The notes below the pieces were generated by a model that saw only the letters and a list, made by a program, of their open reading frames with translations, was not told where the DNA came from and did no database searches. Of a DNA stretch of 64,000 bases, positions 18,590 through 28,192 are shown in pieces. Within the stretch, counting starts at the first letter, position 1, and the number at the start of each line of letters is the position of its first letter. The stretch comes from Nanobdellota archaeon (lineage in GTDB: Archaea; Nanobdellota; Nanobdellia; Pacearchaeales; GW2011-AR1). Location of the stretch: contig JAUYIO010000021.1 in NCBI GenBank assembly GCA_030688225.1, forward strand, positions 12,080-76,079, in the 5' to 3' direction. A program made the translations under genes and the position numbers.

Positions 18590-19900
18590 TTATTTTTTCC
18601 CTTTTTTATTCGCAAGAAGATTTTTTCTTATAACATAGTTTGAGGGATTTTTAATTAATTTGCAGAATTCGTCTGGAAAACAAACCCCTATTCCTTGATA
18701 AAATTCTTTACAGTTAGGAGGAAGAACTGGTTTTTTTCTGTAAGCCCATGAAAGCTGAGAAGTTATGTAACCTTGTTTAAGAGGTGGTTTGTTTTTTTTG
18801 TTCCATTCTTCAATTATTTTTTCAAGTTCAACTTTGTCCATTCCAACAGAGCGAAACAAATTTATCAAAACGAATAATGCTCTTTTTCTTCCGTCGGCAA
18901 TTCCTTTTAAAATTAATTTAATGCAAGGAGGGTAATTTTCTTCTGTCAGATTTTTCAATTCAATTGGTTTAAAAGTTGCAAATTTTCCCTCTATTTTTTC
19001 TTTTCCAGGGGTGTTTTCTTTGTACCAATCCAATGCCTGAGTTAAAAGCTCTTTTGCTTCTCCTTCTTCTGAATCAGGAAGGAAATTTTTTATCTTGACT
19101 TTCATAGGGTCTGCATCCTTTGGTTGGAAACTTGAAATTTTATTTGCGTCAATAACAGCACTTGCTAAAGATGTTTTTTCGTGAAGAGAATAAGGCATTC
19201 TGAACAAATGTCTTGGAGAAACTAATATTATATCTGGCATGACTTCTTTTGGAGCCTGAAAATCTTTTACATATTTATTTGGTTTAGAAAGTTCTGAAAT
19301 TTTTTTTATTAATTTTTCTTTTGTTTTTTCTATTATGTATTTTGTAATTATTCTAGGGTATTCTGGGAACATATCTGAGGTTCTCACCTGATTTATCTGC
19401 TTCGGAAAAGACTTCCAAGGAATTATTATGTGAAACCCCTTGCTTCCTGAGAATTTTATTCCTATGTTTTTTATCCCATGGAATTTCAGAAAATCAATTA
19501 TTATCTCTGCAGAGATTTTACTATAATCAATATATTTACTATCAATATCAATTAACAAATCCCATCCTTCACGAAGTTCGTTTAATTTATTTTCATTCAT
19601 CCCTGTTTGTATGTTCAAAGGATCAGTCCAAAGTTCTTCAGAGCAATGAAAAGATGTTGCCCCTTTTTTTGTTAATTCAAAAATGTCCCCCTGATATTGC
19701 AGAATGTCAGGGCGCTTTCCAAATCCTTCAAAATATCTTGGAACAACTTCACGAGATTTAGAAAAATCAAATATTGCCTTTTGAATGTCTTTTCTTGAAT
19801 AATATAATTGGGTGAGATTTCTGATTCTCTTTTCTTTAAAGGAAGACTCTTCCATAAAATAGAATAATGGAGAAGCTTTAAATAAATACCCCCTTTTCAT
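18590..19900 (-). CDS. DNA primase, fused small catalytic subunit (PriS) plus PriL C-terminal Fe-S domain
   Basis: AEP motifs LLIDIDS (DxD), FSGSKGFHIII (SGxRGxH), RMPYSLHEKT; C-terminal YPPCIKLILKGIADGRKRALFVL (PriL PPCM motif) and 4 Cys (PPC, NCKEF, GVCF, EFCK). Confidence 0.7.
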   Translation of the reverse strand: MKRGYLFKASPLFYFMEESSFKEKRIRNLTQLYYSRKDIQKAIFDFSKSREVVPRYFEGFGKRPDILQYQGDIFELTKKGATSFHCSEELWTDPLNIQTGMNENKLNELREGWDLLIDIDSKYIDYSKISAEIIIDFLKFHGIKNIGIKFSGSKGFHIIIPWKSFPKQINQVRTSDMFPEYPRIITKYIIEKTKEKLIKKISELSKPNKYVKDFQAPKEVMPDIILVSPRHLFRMPYSLHEKTSLASAVIDANKISSFQPKDADPMKVKIKNFLPDSEEGEAKELLTQALDWYKENTPGKEKIEGKFATFKPIELKNLTEENYPPCIKLILKGIADGRKRALFVLINLFRSVGMDKVELEKIIEEWNKKNKPPLKQGYITSQLSWAYRKKPVLPPNCKEFYQGIGVCFPDEFCKLIKNPSNYVIRKNLLANKKGKK

Positions 19901-19939
19901 AACAATAATGCTTAAAAAATAGGCAGGACTTTTTAAAAG

Positions 19940-20665
19940 ATGTTACTTAAATTGGAAAACCCGAGCCTGCTTTCAAGAGTTATAGAAATTGTTTCTGAAC
20001 TTGTCACAGAAGTTAGAATAAAGGTAAATGAGACTGGGATGAGTATTGTTGCGATGGATCCTGCAAATGTTTCAATGGTTGGATTCAAACTTCCGAAGAG
20101 TTCTTTCTCACAATTTGAATCAGACAAAGAAGTTCTTGGAATTAATCTTGACAGTTTAAAAAGAATTTTAAAAAGATGCGGAAACAGTAGCTCTCTTATC
20201 TTGGAAAGAAAAGAAAATTTATTATCAATTCAAATTCTTGACAGAATAACAAGGAATTTTAAATTAAGCCTTATAGATATAGAAAGCGAAGACAAAGAAA
20301 TGCCAAGCCTTGAATTCAGTTCTAAGATTGAAATAAATTCAATAGATTTGATTGATTCAATTGAAGATTGTGCAGTTGTTTCTGACGCATGTTCATTTAT
20401 TGTAAGAGATGGAAAATTTATTATTGAGGCGAAAGGACTTAATGCTGCGAGTTCTGAATTTAGCGGAGATGAGGTCAAGATTATTGCTGAAAATTGCAAA
20501 TCAAAATACAGTCTTGAATATCTGCAAAAGTTTATCAAAGGCGCAAAATTATGCGACAAAACAATTCTGAATTTTGCAAATGACCATCCTTTGAAGATGG
20601 AGTTGAAAACAGAAAACATGGAATTGGATTTTATTCTTGCTCCAAGGGTTGAAACCGAAGATTGA
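19940..20665 (+). CDS. pcn: PCNA sliding clamp
   Basis: N-terminus LENPSLLSRVIEIVSELVTEVRIKVNETGMSIVAMDPANVSMVGFKL matches PCNA; 241 aa. Confidence 0.8.
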   Translation: MLLKLENPSLLSRVIEIVSELVTEVRIKVNETGMSIVAMDPANVSMVGFKLPKSSFSQFESDKEVLGINLDSLKRILKRCGNSSSLILERKENLLSIQILDRITRNFKLSLIDIESEDKEMPSLEFSSKIEINSIDLIDSIEDCAVVSDACSFIVRDGKFIIEAKGLNAASSEFSGDEVKIIAENCKSKYSLEYLQKFIKGAKLCDKTILNFANDHPLKMELKTENMELDFILAPRVETED

Positions 20666-20720
20666 GTAAATAATAAATTTAAATAAAAGAATTTTTAAAC
20701 GAGAATTACTTTAGATTCAT

Positions 20721-21497
20721 ATGCAAATAAAAGAGGATAAGAATGGGCAAGTTACAATTTTTATTATTGTTGCAGTCGTGATTATTGCGATAGGTGTTGC
20801 GGCATATTTTGTTTATCCGAAAGTCAAAACTACTGAAACTTTTGATTCAAAAAATCCTTCTGCATTTATTCAAAGTTGCTTGGAAAGTGAATTGAGGAAT
20901 AATGTTGAATTAATTTCTTCTCAAGGAGGGAGTTTAAATCCAGGAAATTATATTTTATATGATAATTCAAAAGTTGAATATTTATGTTATACAAATCAAG
21001 ATTATCAAACCTGCGTCATGCAACAGCCTTTATTAAAAGAACATATTGAATCTGAAATTAAGAACAGTATAGAAGTTTCTGCAAAAGATTGCTTCACATC
21101 TTTAGTGAATAGTTATGAAAAAATTGGGGAGAATGTTAATTTGGAAGAAGGAAATACTGATGTTGAGCTGATTCCTAAAAAAATTATCGTGACTTTCAAC
21201 AAAGTTTTAACCTTGACCGATGGAAACTCAGAAAGATATGAAAACTTTAAGATTAATCTTGATAATAATCTTTATGAATTGGTGAGTATTACAGATAGCA
21301 TCTTGGAATGGGAGGCACGTTATGGCGACGCTGATTCAAGTGGTTATATGGATTATTATCATTGGCTAAAAGTTGAAAAAGAAAAAAGAGATGATGGAAG
21401 CAAAATTTATATCTTAACAGATAAAGATAAAGGAAATAAATTTCAATTTGCTTCCAGAAGTATTGTGTGGCCTTCTGGGTATGGAGAGGTTATATAA
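20721..21497 (+). CDS. class III (prepilin-type) signal peptide protein
   Basis: KNG-QVTIFIIVAVVIIAIGVAAYF: basic residue, Gly, then Q at +1 and a hydrophobic stretch. Confidence 0.4.
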   Translation: MQIKEDKNGQVTIFIIVAVVIIAIGVAAYFVYPKVKTTETFDSKNPSAFIQSCLESELRNNVELISSQGGSLNPGNYILYDNSKVEYLCYTNQDYQTCVMQQPLLKEHIESEIKNSIEVSAKDCFTSLVNSYEKIGENVNLEEGNTDVELIPKKIIVTFNKVLTLTDGNSERYENFKINLDNNLYELVSITDSILEWEARYGDADSSGYMDYYHWLKVEKEKRDDGSKIYILTDKDKGNKFQFASRSIVWPSGYGEVI

Positions 21498-21500
21498 AAA

Positions 21501-23021
21501 ATGGGTAAAAAAATTTTAATTCTGGCAATTGGAATGTTTTTAATATTTAGCAGTTTTGTTTTTTTAATTCAAAATGTTTCTGCTGCAAGTTTATATTGCT
21601 GTGAAAAAACTTTAAGTGGTGCGTGGTGTCAAAACGCTCCAAAAGATCAGTGCGATACTGACAACGGGCTTAATGTTGCTGCGACTTCATGCGATGCAAC
21701 TTCTTTTTGTAAACTTGGAACATGCATAGATAATCAAGGGGCATGTAAGATAAATACTGCTCAAACAACATGCAGGCAAAATGGAGGCTACTGGGCAGAA
21801 GGAAAACCAGAAAATATCCCTCAATGTCAGAAAGGATGTTGTCTTGTAGAAGGACAAGGGCCTTCTTTCATTGAACAAGCAAGATGCACGAGTTATTCTT
21901 CTCTGTATGGCGCTCAAATAGAATTTAGAGGAGATATTAAAAATTCAGAGTTGTGCTCTGCAAGTGCGACGTCAAACGTAAAAGGAGCATGTGTGTTGGA
22001 AGAAGAACTTGGTAAAAGAAATTGTAAATTCTTGACACAGAGAGAATGTGTAAATGCAAAAGGGAGTTTTAATGAAAATGTTTTATGTACTGCAACATGG
22101 TTAAATACTTCTTGTGTAAAGACAAAAGAAACAACTTGCTTTGATGAGAAAGTTTATTTTAAAGATAATTGTGGAAATTTAGCAAATATTTATGATGCTT
22201 CAAAATACGACGACCAAGATTATTGGAACATTGTAATTGCTCCTGAAAATAGTTGTGGTTTTGACGATTTAAGTGGAAATGCAAATTCTCCAAGCTGCGG
22301 AAATTGTGATTATCATTCTGGAAGTGCCTGTAAAATGGCTGTAAGGGGGCAAGACGCAACTCCTACAATTGGGAACAATATTTGTAGAGATTTATCTTGC
22401 AAGTACGAAGGAGAAACTTATCAGCAAGGAGAAAAATGGTGTGTAACAAATACCGAGAACTCTAATCTTCAGAATAATCCTGGTGGCGAGAGTTGGGTTT
22501 TAGAGTGTAGGGATGGGGAAGTTCTTCCAGAATTGTGTGGTGATGGGCCAGGAGCCAGAGACAAAATATGCGTTCAGGAAGAATTATCAAACGGATTCAA
22601 AAGTGCAAACTGTGTTGCAAATAATTGGCAGGAATGCGTTTTTCAAGACAATGAAGAAGATTGTTTGATTGAAGAGTTAGATTGTAAATGGATTAAAGAT
22701 TATAGTTTTGGAGAGTATAATCCAAACAATGAAGGAGTTTGCGTTCCAAGATATTCTCCAGGATTTACTTTTTGGAACCCCGAAGAAAAAACTAGAGATA
22801 TTTGTTCTCAGGGAACTGTTACATGTTCTGTAACTTATGAAAAAGGATTAGGTGGAAAATGGGAAGCTAAAACAAATGCAGAATGTGATCCTTCTAATCA
22901 GAATTATCAAAGTTGGCTAAATAAAATGGAAGGCGTTTGTGTGGCTCTCGGAGATTGTGGAAGCAGTGTCAACTATAGAGGACAAAAAGGTTTCAACGAA
23001 TTAAAAGCGACAAAAGTATAA
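21501..23021 (+). CDS. secreted cysteine-rich protein
   Basis: Sec-type signal peptide ending VSA-A; more than 50 Cys in repeated C-x-C / CC patterns. Confidence 0.4.
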   Translation: MGKKILILAIGMFLIFSSFVFLIQNVSAASLYCCEKTLSGAWCQNAPKDQCDTDNGLNVAATSCDATSFCKLGTCIDNQGACKINTAQTTCRQNGGYWAEGKPENIPQCQKGCCLVEGQGPSFIEQARCTSYSSLYGAQIEFRGDIKNSELCSASATSNVKGACVLEEELGKRNCKFLTQRECVNAKGSFNENVLCTATWLNTSCVKTKETTCFDEKVYFKDNCGNLANIYDASKYDDQDYWNIVIAPENSCGFDDLSGNANSPSCGNCDYHSGSACKMAVRGQDATPTIGNNICRDLSCKYEGETYQQGEKWCVTNTENSNLQNNPGGESWVLECRDGEVLPELCGDGPGARDKICVQEELSNGFKSANCVANNWQECVFQDNEEDCLIEELDCKWIKDYSFGEYNPNNEGVCVPRYSPGFTFWNPEEKTRDICSQGTVTCSVTYEKGLGGKWEAKTNAECDPSNQNYQSWLNKMEGVCVALGDCGSSVNYRGQKGFNELKATKV

Positions 23022-23022
23022 A

Positions 23023-25065
23023 ATGAATACATCAGGAAAAATTGCGTTTTTTGAGATTTTTATTTTATTAATTGGGATTGTGGGGATTTCTTGGAGTATT
23101 GGAAGTGAGATAAAGGTTGTTAAGGGGGAGGATTTTTTTGTTTTTAATCAATTCACAGGAAAAGTAGAAAATCTTGGTTCTTCTTCTAATCCTATCCCTG
23201 CTACAGCTAAATCTCCTTTTTCACTTTGGGGGAAGATTAAAGATTTATTTGGATTTGGCGGGGAAGAGACAGCTAAAGCTGTAACTGGAAAGATGGCTTC
23301 TGTTTGGAAATCTGCAGAAACTATTGGAAGAAATGCAGGGATTGCTTATGGGGTTTATTATGGTTTAAAATTAGGGCTTGATGCTTTCGGAGTTGGAGAA
23401 GGAACTGCTGAAGCAACTGCAATAGCTGGAAGAAATGCTTATTTTATTGGCAAAACAACTTATGATTTGTTATCAACAGGAACAGGAAAAGCTTTGTTAT
23501 CAAAAATTGGATTACATGTTAGTGCAGGAACTGTTGCACTCCCTGTTAGCATAATTGTTTTTTACATTTCATACAAAGAAAAGAAAACAGCTACAATTAC
23601 TTTTGAATGTAAACCGTGGCAAGCAGCGACAGGAGGAAATAAATGTGAAGAATGTAATGAACAACTCCTTGGATGCAACGAATATCAGTGTAAGAGTTTA
23701 GGTAGATCATGCGAATTAATCAATAAAGGAACTGACAGAGAAATGTGTGCTGATTCAAATAAAAATGATGTAAGTCCCCCAGTGATAGAAATTTCTGAAG
23801 GTTATCTATTAGAAGATTATGAATATACTTCTCCTACTTCAACAGGAGTTAAAATTGAATATACTAAATCCAGCGACGGGTGCATTCCTTTCTTCAGACC
23901 ATTTAGTTTTGGATTTACCACAGATGAGCCTGCATATTGTAAAATAGATTATCAAAGAAAAGAAAATTTTGAAGAGATGGGATATGATTTTGGGGGAACA
24001 AATAATCTAGAGTATAATCACACACATACTTTGGGTTTGCCCGGAAAAGTTTCTTATGAAGCAGAAAACATTACTCTCCCTGATGGATTTGGGAATTATA
24101 ATCTGTATGTAAGATGCCAAGATGCAAAACCAAATACGAATTCTGCAGATTTTGTTTTCAAATTCTGCATTGATAATGGTCCTGATATCTACAAGCCAGA
24201 GATTAAGGGAACAAGTATACAAGATGGGATGCCTGTCGGTTTCGGTGTACAAAAAACATCATTAAATCTATATACAAATGAACCTGCGAGTTGCAAATGG
24301 AGTACAAGAGATCAAGCATATGAAAATATGGAGCATGAGATGGAATGTCCTACTAGTATTAGTGAAATCAACACACAAATGACCTATACTTGCGAAACAG
24401 AATTGGTTGATTTAAAAGACAAGGAAGACAGCGTGTTTTATTTCAGATGCCAAGATATTTCTCCTGCAAAAAATACAATGGAAATTTCCCATAGATTAAC
24501 ATTAAAAGGAAGTCAGCCGCTTGTAATTGATTCTGTCGGACCAGAAGGGACAATTAAAGATTCAACAGAATTTGTGAGAGTTAGTTTAACTGCAAAAACA
24601 TCTGCAGGATTTAATGAAGGTAATTCAAAATGTTCTTACAGCGAAGATGGTGAAAAATATGTTGAATTTTTTGAAACAGGTTCTCACACACATTCCCAGG
24701 ATTTGGTTTTGACAAAAGGAATTTACAAATACTTTATACAATGTACTGATTTAGCAGGAAATTCTGAAACAAAAACAATCGCATTTGAAGTTGAATCTGA
24801 TCCTTATGCTCCAAGCATTGTGAGAGTTTACAAAGACGGAAGCAATTTGAAATTGATAACTGATGAAGAAGCAGAATGTGTTTATACTACTTTTGGTTGC
24901 AGTTATTCTTTTGCAGATGGAACAACCATAACAACTAGCGACGGTAAAAATCACTTTACTTCATGGAATCCTAAAGCAAATTTCTATATTAAATGTAAAG
25001 ACACTTATGGAAATGAACCTTTCCCAAATGAATGCAGCATAACTGTCAAACCATTGAAGATTTAA
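23023..25065 (+). CDS. large membrane-anchored surface protein with repeated Cys-containing beta-domain modules
   Basis: N-terminal TM, second TM near residue 180, then repeated YxxRCxD / FxCxD...GN modules; 680 aa. Confidence 0.4.
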   Translation: MNTSGKIAFFEIFILLIGIVGISWSIGSEIKVVKGEDFFVFNQFTGKVENLGSSSNPIPATAKSPFSLWGKIKDLFGFGGEETAKAVTGKMASVWKSAETIGRNAGIAYGVYYGLKLGLDAFGVGEGTAEATAIAGRNAYFIGKTTYDLLSTGTGKALLSKIGLHVSAGTVALPVSIIVFYISYKEKKTATITFECKPWQAATGGNKCEECNEQLLGCNEYQCKSLGRSCELINKGTDREMCADSNKNDVSPPVIEISEGYLLEDYEYTSPTSTGVKIEYTKSSDGCIPFFRPFSFGFTTDEPAYCKIDYQRKENFEEMGYDFGGTNNLEYNHTHTLGLPGKVSYEAENITLPDGFGNYNLYVRCQDAKPNTNSADFVFKFCIDNGPDIYKPEIKGTSIQDGMPVGFGVQKTSLNLYTNEPASCKWSTRDQAYENMEHEMECPTSISEINTQMTYTCETELVDLKDKEDSVFYFRCQDISPAKNTMEISHRLTLKGSQPLVIDSVGPEGTIKDSTEFVRVSLTAKTSAGFNEGNSKCSYSEDGEKYVEFFETGSHTHSQDLVLTKGIYKYFIQCTDLAGNSETKTIAFEVESDPYAPSIVRVYKDGSNLKLITDEEAECVYTTFGCSYSFADGTTITTSDGKNHFTSWNPKANFYIKCKDTYGNEPFPNECSITVKPLKI

Positions 25066-25100
25066 AAAAACTTTATTAAGGATATTTCTTTTATTATCTC

Positions 25101-25511
25101 ATGAAGAAAAGAGGTGCATTAAATTTGTCTTTTGGAATGATTTTTTCAATTTTCCTGATAATCTTTTTCCTGGGGTTTGCATTTTATATCATTCCGAAAT
25201 TTCTTGGATTCCAAGATGATGCGAAAATAGGAAGCTTTGTTAATGATTTTCAAAATGACGTGAATAAAATGTGGAAATCAACAAAAGGTTCCCAAGTTGT
25301 TGAATATAGCTTGCCAAAAAAAGTATCAGAAATTTGTTTTGATGAAAAATCAAGAATTTATTTCAACCCATTTGGAAGCGGAGGAAATTTTGATTATTCT
25401 GAAACAGAACACTTGGATGTGCAATCTGATTCCTGTTTTGAAGTTGTTGATGGAAAAATAAGTATGACAATTAAAAAGGATTTTGGAGAGGTTTTGGTGA
25501 GGGTTGAATGA
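25101..25511 (+). CDS. type IV pilin-like protein (class III signal peptide)
   Basis: MKKRG-ALNLSFGMIFSIFLIIFFLGFAFYII. Confidence 0.45.
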   Translation: MKKRGALNLSFGMIFSIFLIIFFLGFAFYIIPKFLGFQDDAKIGSFVNDFQNDVNKMWKSTKGSQVVEYSLPKKVSEICFDEKSRIYFNPFGSGGNFDYSETEHLDVQSDSCFEVVDGKISMTIKKDFGEVLVRVE

Positions 25512-25530
25512 AAATTAGAAAAGTTGTAAA

Positions 25531-26448
25531 ATGAAAAAGAAAGGTGCTTTACAAATTTCATTTGCATGGATATTTGCACTAATTGTTGGAGTGTTTATTT
25601 TATTTCTTGCGATTTATGCAGTTACAAAATTCATAGGAAACGAGCAAGAAATTAGCGACGCTGAAATTGCAAAACAGATAACTGTTTTGATTAACCCTCT
25701 TGAAACAGGATTTGAAAGTGGGAAAGTTACTTCATTAATTCTGCCGGTAGAAACAAGAATATATAACCGGTGTGATAGCATTGGTTCTTTCGGAACACAA
25801 TCCATTAAAATTGCTCAAAAAAGTTTTGGAAAATGGACAGATACAAACACAGATATTGAATCACTCAACAAATATATTTTCTCAGAAGAATATGCAGAAG
25901 GAAAAAAACTCTATTTATTCTCAAAACCATTTGAATTTCCCTTTAAAGTTTCTGATTTGATTTATTTAACTTCTTCTGAAAAAGAATACTGTTTTGTAAA
26001 TCCTCCAAAAGATGTAAAAGATGAACTTTCTGAGTTGAATCAAGAAAATTTAATCTTTGAATGCTCTTCAAACAGCATTAAGATTTGTTTTGAAGAAAAA
26101 ACAGGATGCGATATAATTGTGAATAAAAATGCAAAATATGTTGAGAAAGATAATACAAAAATTTATTTTGAAGGAGATGCTTTGATGTATGCAGGAATTT
26201 TCTCTGACAAAGATATCTATGAGTGTCAAGTGAAAAGGTTAATGCAAAAAGTTGGGAATCTTGTGGATATTTATCAAGAAAAAGAAATACTTGTCTCAGG
26301 AATTTGTGATGCAGAATTATATGAAGAATTATCTCAACTGAAAAGTTTAGTAGTGGAGTTAAACAATTCTGATGAAATTTATAAGATAAATAATTTGGCT
26401 GAAGATATTCAAAATAAAAATGAAAGGGGTACTTGTGCATTATGGTGA
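25531..26448 (+). CDS. type IV pilin-like protein (class III signal peptide), paralogous N-terminus
   Basis: MKKKG-ALQISFAWIFALIVGVFILFLAIYAV, near-identical architecture to 25101 ORF. Confidence 0.45.
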   Translation: MKKKGALQISFAWIFALIVGVFILFLAIYAVTKFIGNEQEISDAEIAKQITVLINPLETGFESGKVTSLILPVETRIYNRCDSIGSFGTQSIKIAQKSFGKWTDTNTDIESLNKYIFSEEYAEGKKLYLFSKPFEFPFKVSDLIYLTSSEKEYCFVNPPKDVKDELSELNQENLIFECSSNSIKICFEEKTGCDIIVNKNAKYVEKDNTKIYFEGDALMYAGIFSDKDIYECQVKRLMQKVGNLVDIYQEKEILVSGICDAELYEELSQLKSLVVELNNSDEIYKINNLAEDIQNKNERGTCALW

Positions 26449-26455
26449 AGAAAAA

Positions 26456-26968
26456 ATGAAAAAGGCTCAGATGAAAATTCAACAAATGGCATTTGTATTA
26501 ATTGCAATTACTTTGTTTTTCGTATTGACAGGAATTTTTGTTTTTGCTTTTAAATTTTCAGGATTAAAACAATCTGCAACAGATTTGGAAGAAGAAAATG
26601 CATTCTTACTTTCAACAAAACTAATGAATTCTCCTGAATTCTCTTGTGGAGAATCTTTTGGAGATACAAGAATAAATTGCGTTGACGAAGACAAGTTAAT
26701 GGCTCTCAAAGAAAACACTGCTTATACTAATTCAAATTTTTGGGGGGCCTCAAACATAGAAGTCAGAAAGATTTATCCTGAAGAATCAGAAAAAGTTTGT
26801 AATTCTGAAAACTATCCTGACTGTAACACTATAAAAATTTATAATCAAGAAGTAAGTGGTTTTGATGTTTCTAATTTTGTATCTTTATGCAGAAAAGCTT
26901 TATCGGATGGGAAAGTATATACTAAATGCGAACTTGCTAAAATAATAGTAAGTTATGAGAAAAAATGA
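26456..26968 (+). CDS. pilin-like protein
   Basis: MKKA-QMKIQQMAFVLIAITLFFVL; start moved to internal ATG to avoid overlap with the upstream gene. Confidence 0.35.
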   Translation: MKKAQMKIQQMAFVLIAITLFFVLTGIFVFAFKFSGLKQSATDLEEENAFLLSTKLMNSPEFSCGESFGDTRINCVDEDKLMALKENTAYTNSNFWGASNIEVRKIYPEESEKVCNSENYPDCNTIKIYNQEVSGFDVSNFVSLCRKALSDGKVYTKCELAKIIVSYEKK

Positions 26969-27459
26969 CGAATAAAATCAGAAAAATAAAAAAGGCACAA
27001 GAAGAGATGGTGGGATTTGCAATAATCATAATTTTGGTTTCAATAATTCTTGTTGTTTTTTTGGGGTTGAGTTTAGGAAACAAAAACGAAATAACAACAG
27101 AGAGTTACGAAACAAATAGTTTTGTTCATTCAACACTTCAATATACTACTGGATGCAGTGATAGTTATGAATATCTCTCAATTCAAAAATTAATTATCGC
27201 GTGCTCAAATAATGAAATTTGCTCAGAGGGAAATAATTCTTGTGAAATTCTTGAGAATAATTTGGGAGAGATTCTTGAAGCAAGTTGGAATGTGGGAGAA
27301 GGGAGTAAAAATAAAGGATATTCATTAAACATAAGTTCTGATGATGGAGAAATCTTCTTTGAAAAAGAAGGAAATGAAACATTGAACTCAAGAGCAGGGT
27401 TCCAGGCTTTCTCAAGAGAAGGAAATGACTTTGAAGTTTTCTTCACTATTTACTCTTAA
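26965..27459 (+). CDS. pilin-like protein
   Basis: IRKIKKA-QEEMVGFAIIIILVSIILVVFLGL. Confidence 0.35.
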   Translation: MTNKIRKIKKAQEEMVGFAIIIILVSIILVVFLGLSLGNKNEITTESYETNSFVHSTLQYTTGCSDSYEYLSIQKLIIACSNNEICSEGNNSCEILENNLGEILEASWNVGEGSKNKGYSLNISSDDGEIFFEKEGNETLNSRAGFQAFSREGNDFEVFFTIYS

Positions 27460-27809
27460 AATTTTAGATTTATTGAAATAGTGTCAGAAGTTAGTTTTGG
27501 TTTGTGTCTGATTCTATTTTTAGTAGTTTCTTCTGTTATTTCCACAAACCCAAATCTTTTTAGAAGTTTAATGTCATCTTGCACAGATTTAAATCCTCTT
27601 CCAAGTTTTTTTGCAAGATCATAAATTGATTGGGGATTCTCATGTTTGATTACATGCAAAATTCTTGCTTTCTCATTGCTCAATAATTGTCTTAATAATT
27701 GTATTCCTGAAAAATCATAGTCTTCTTTACTGGATTTTGATTTTTTAAATATGTTAAAGGCTCCTTTTGATTCAGTAATTGTTATCTCTCTTATTTTTGT
27801 TGTCGGCAT
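27456..27809 (-). CDS. winged helix-turn-helix transcriptional regulator
   Basis: SIYDLAKKLGRGFKSVQDDIKLLKRFGFVEI HTH plus wing; 117 aa. Confidence 0.55.
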   Translation of the reverse strand: MPTTKIREITITESKGAFNIFKKSKSSKEDYDFSGIQLLRQLLSNEKARILHVIKHENPQSIYDLAKKLGRGFKSVQDDIKLLKRFGFVEITEETTKNRIRHKPKLTSDTISINLKF

Positions 27810-27828
27810 CGGTGTTTTAATCTAAAAA

Positions 27829-27856
27829 ATATGTAAAAAGTATATTTTTTACATAT
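27829..27856. promoter_or_regulatory. inverted repeat (11-bp arms ATATGTAAAAA / TTTTTACATAT) 20-47 bp upstream of the regulator start codon
   Basis: Read directly; lies in divergent promoter region between the wHTH regulator and the 850-aa surface protein gene. Confidence 0.35.
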
Positions 27857-28192
27857 CTGTTTTTATTTATAATATATTATATTTTAAAACATCTATCTTA
27901 ATAAATGTTTGTTTTTTAATAAAAAATAAAGTAGTTGTAATATGTATTAATAATATAGTGACAGCATAATCTTTATAAATAAAACCTATAAAATAAGGGT
28001 TTTTATGTGTGAAAAAGGAAAAATAGGGGAGAAGCTTTTTAAAGAAACTCTGATTCAGTATTATACACCTTACGGTGTTCTATAGGGGATAAACCTAGAG
28101 ATATTTTAAGGAAATAGTGTTCCCTATCGCTATTGACTTAAGATAAGTTGTCATAGACAACAATAATATAGGTGAAAGGAGGTATAAAAGAG

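Noticed and set aside
28172-28192. GTG-initiated 5-prime extension of the surface protein ORF (MKGGIKEM...)
   Set aside because: The extension is the GGAGGT Shine-Dalgarno itself; ATG at 28193 has ideal spacing and yields a canonical signal peptide
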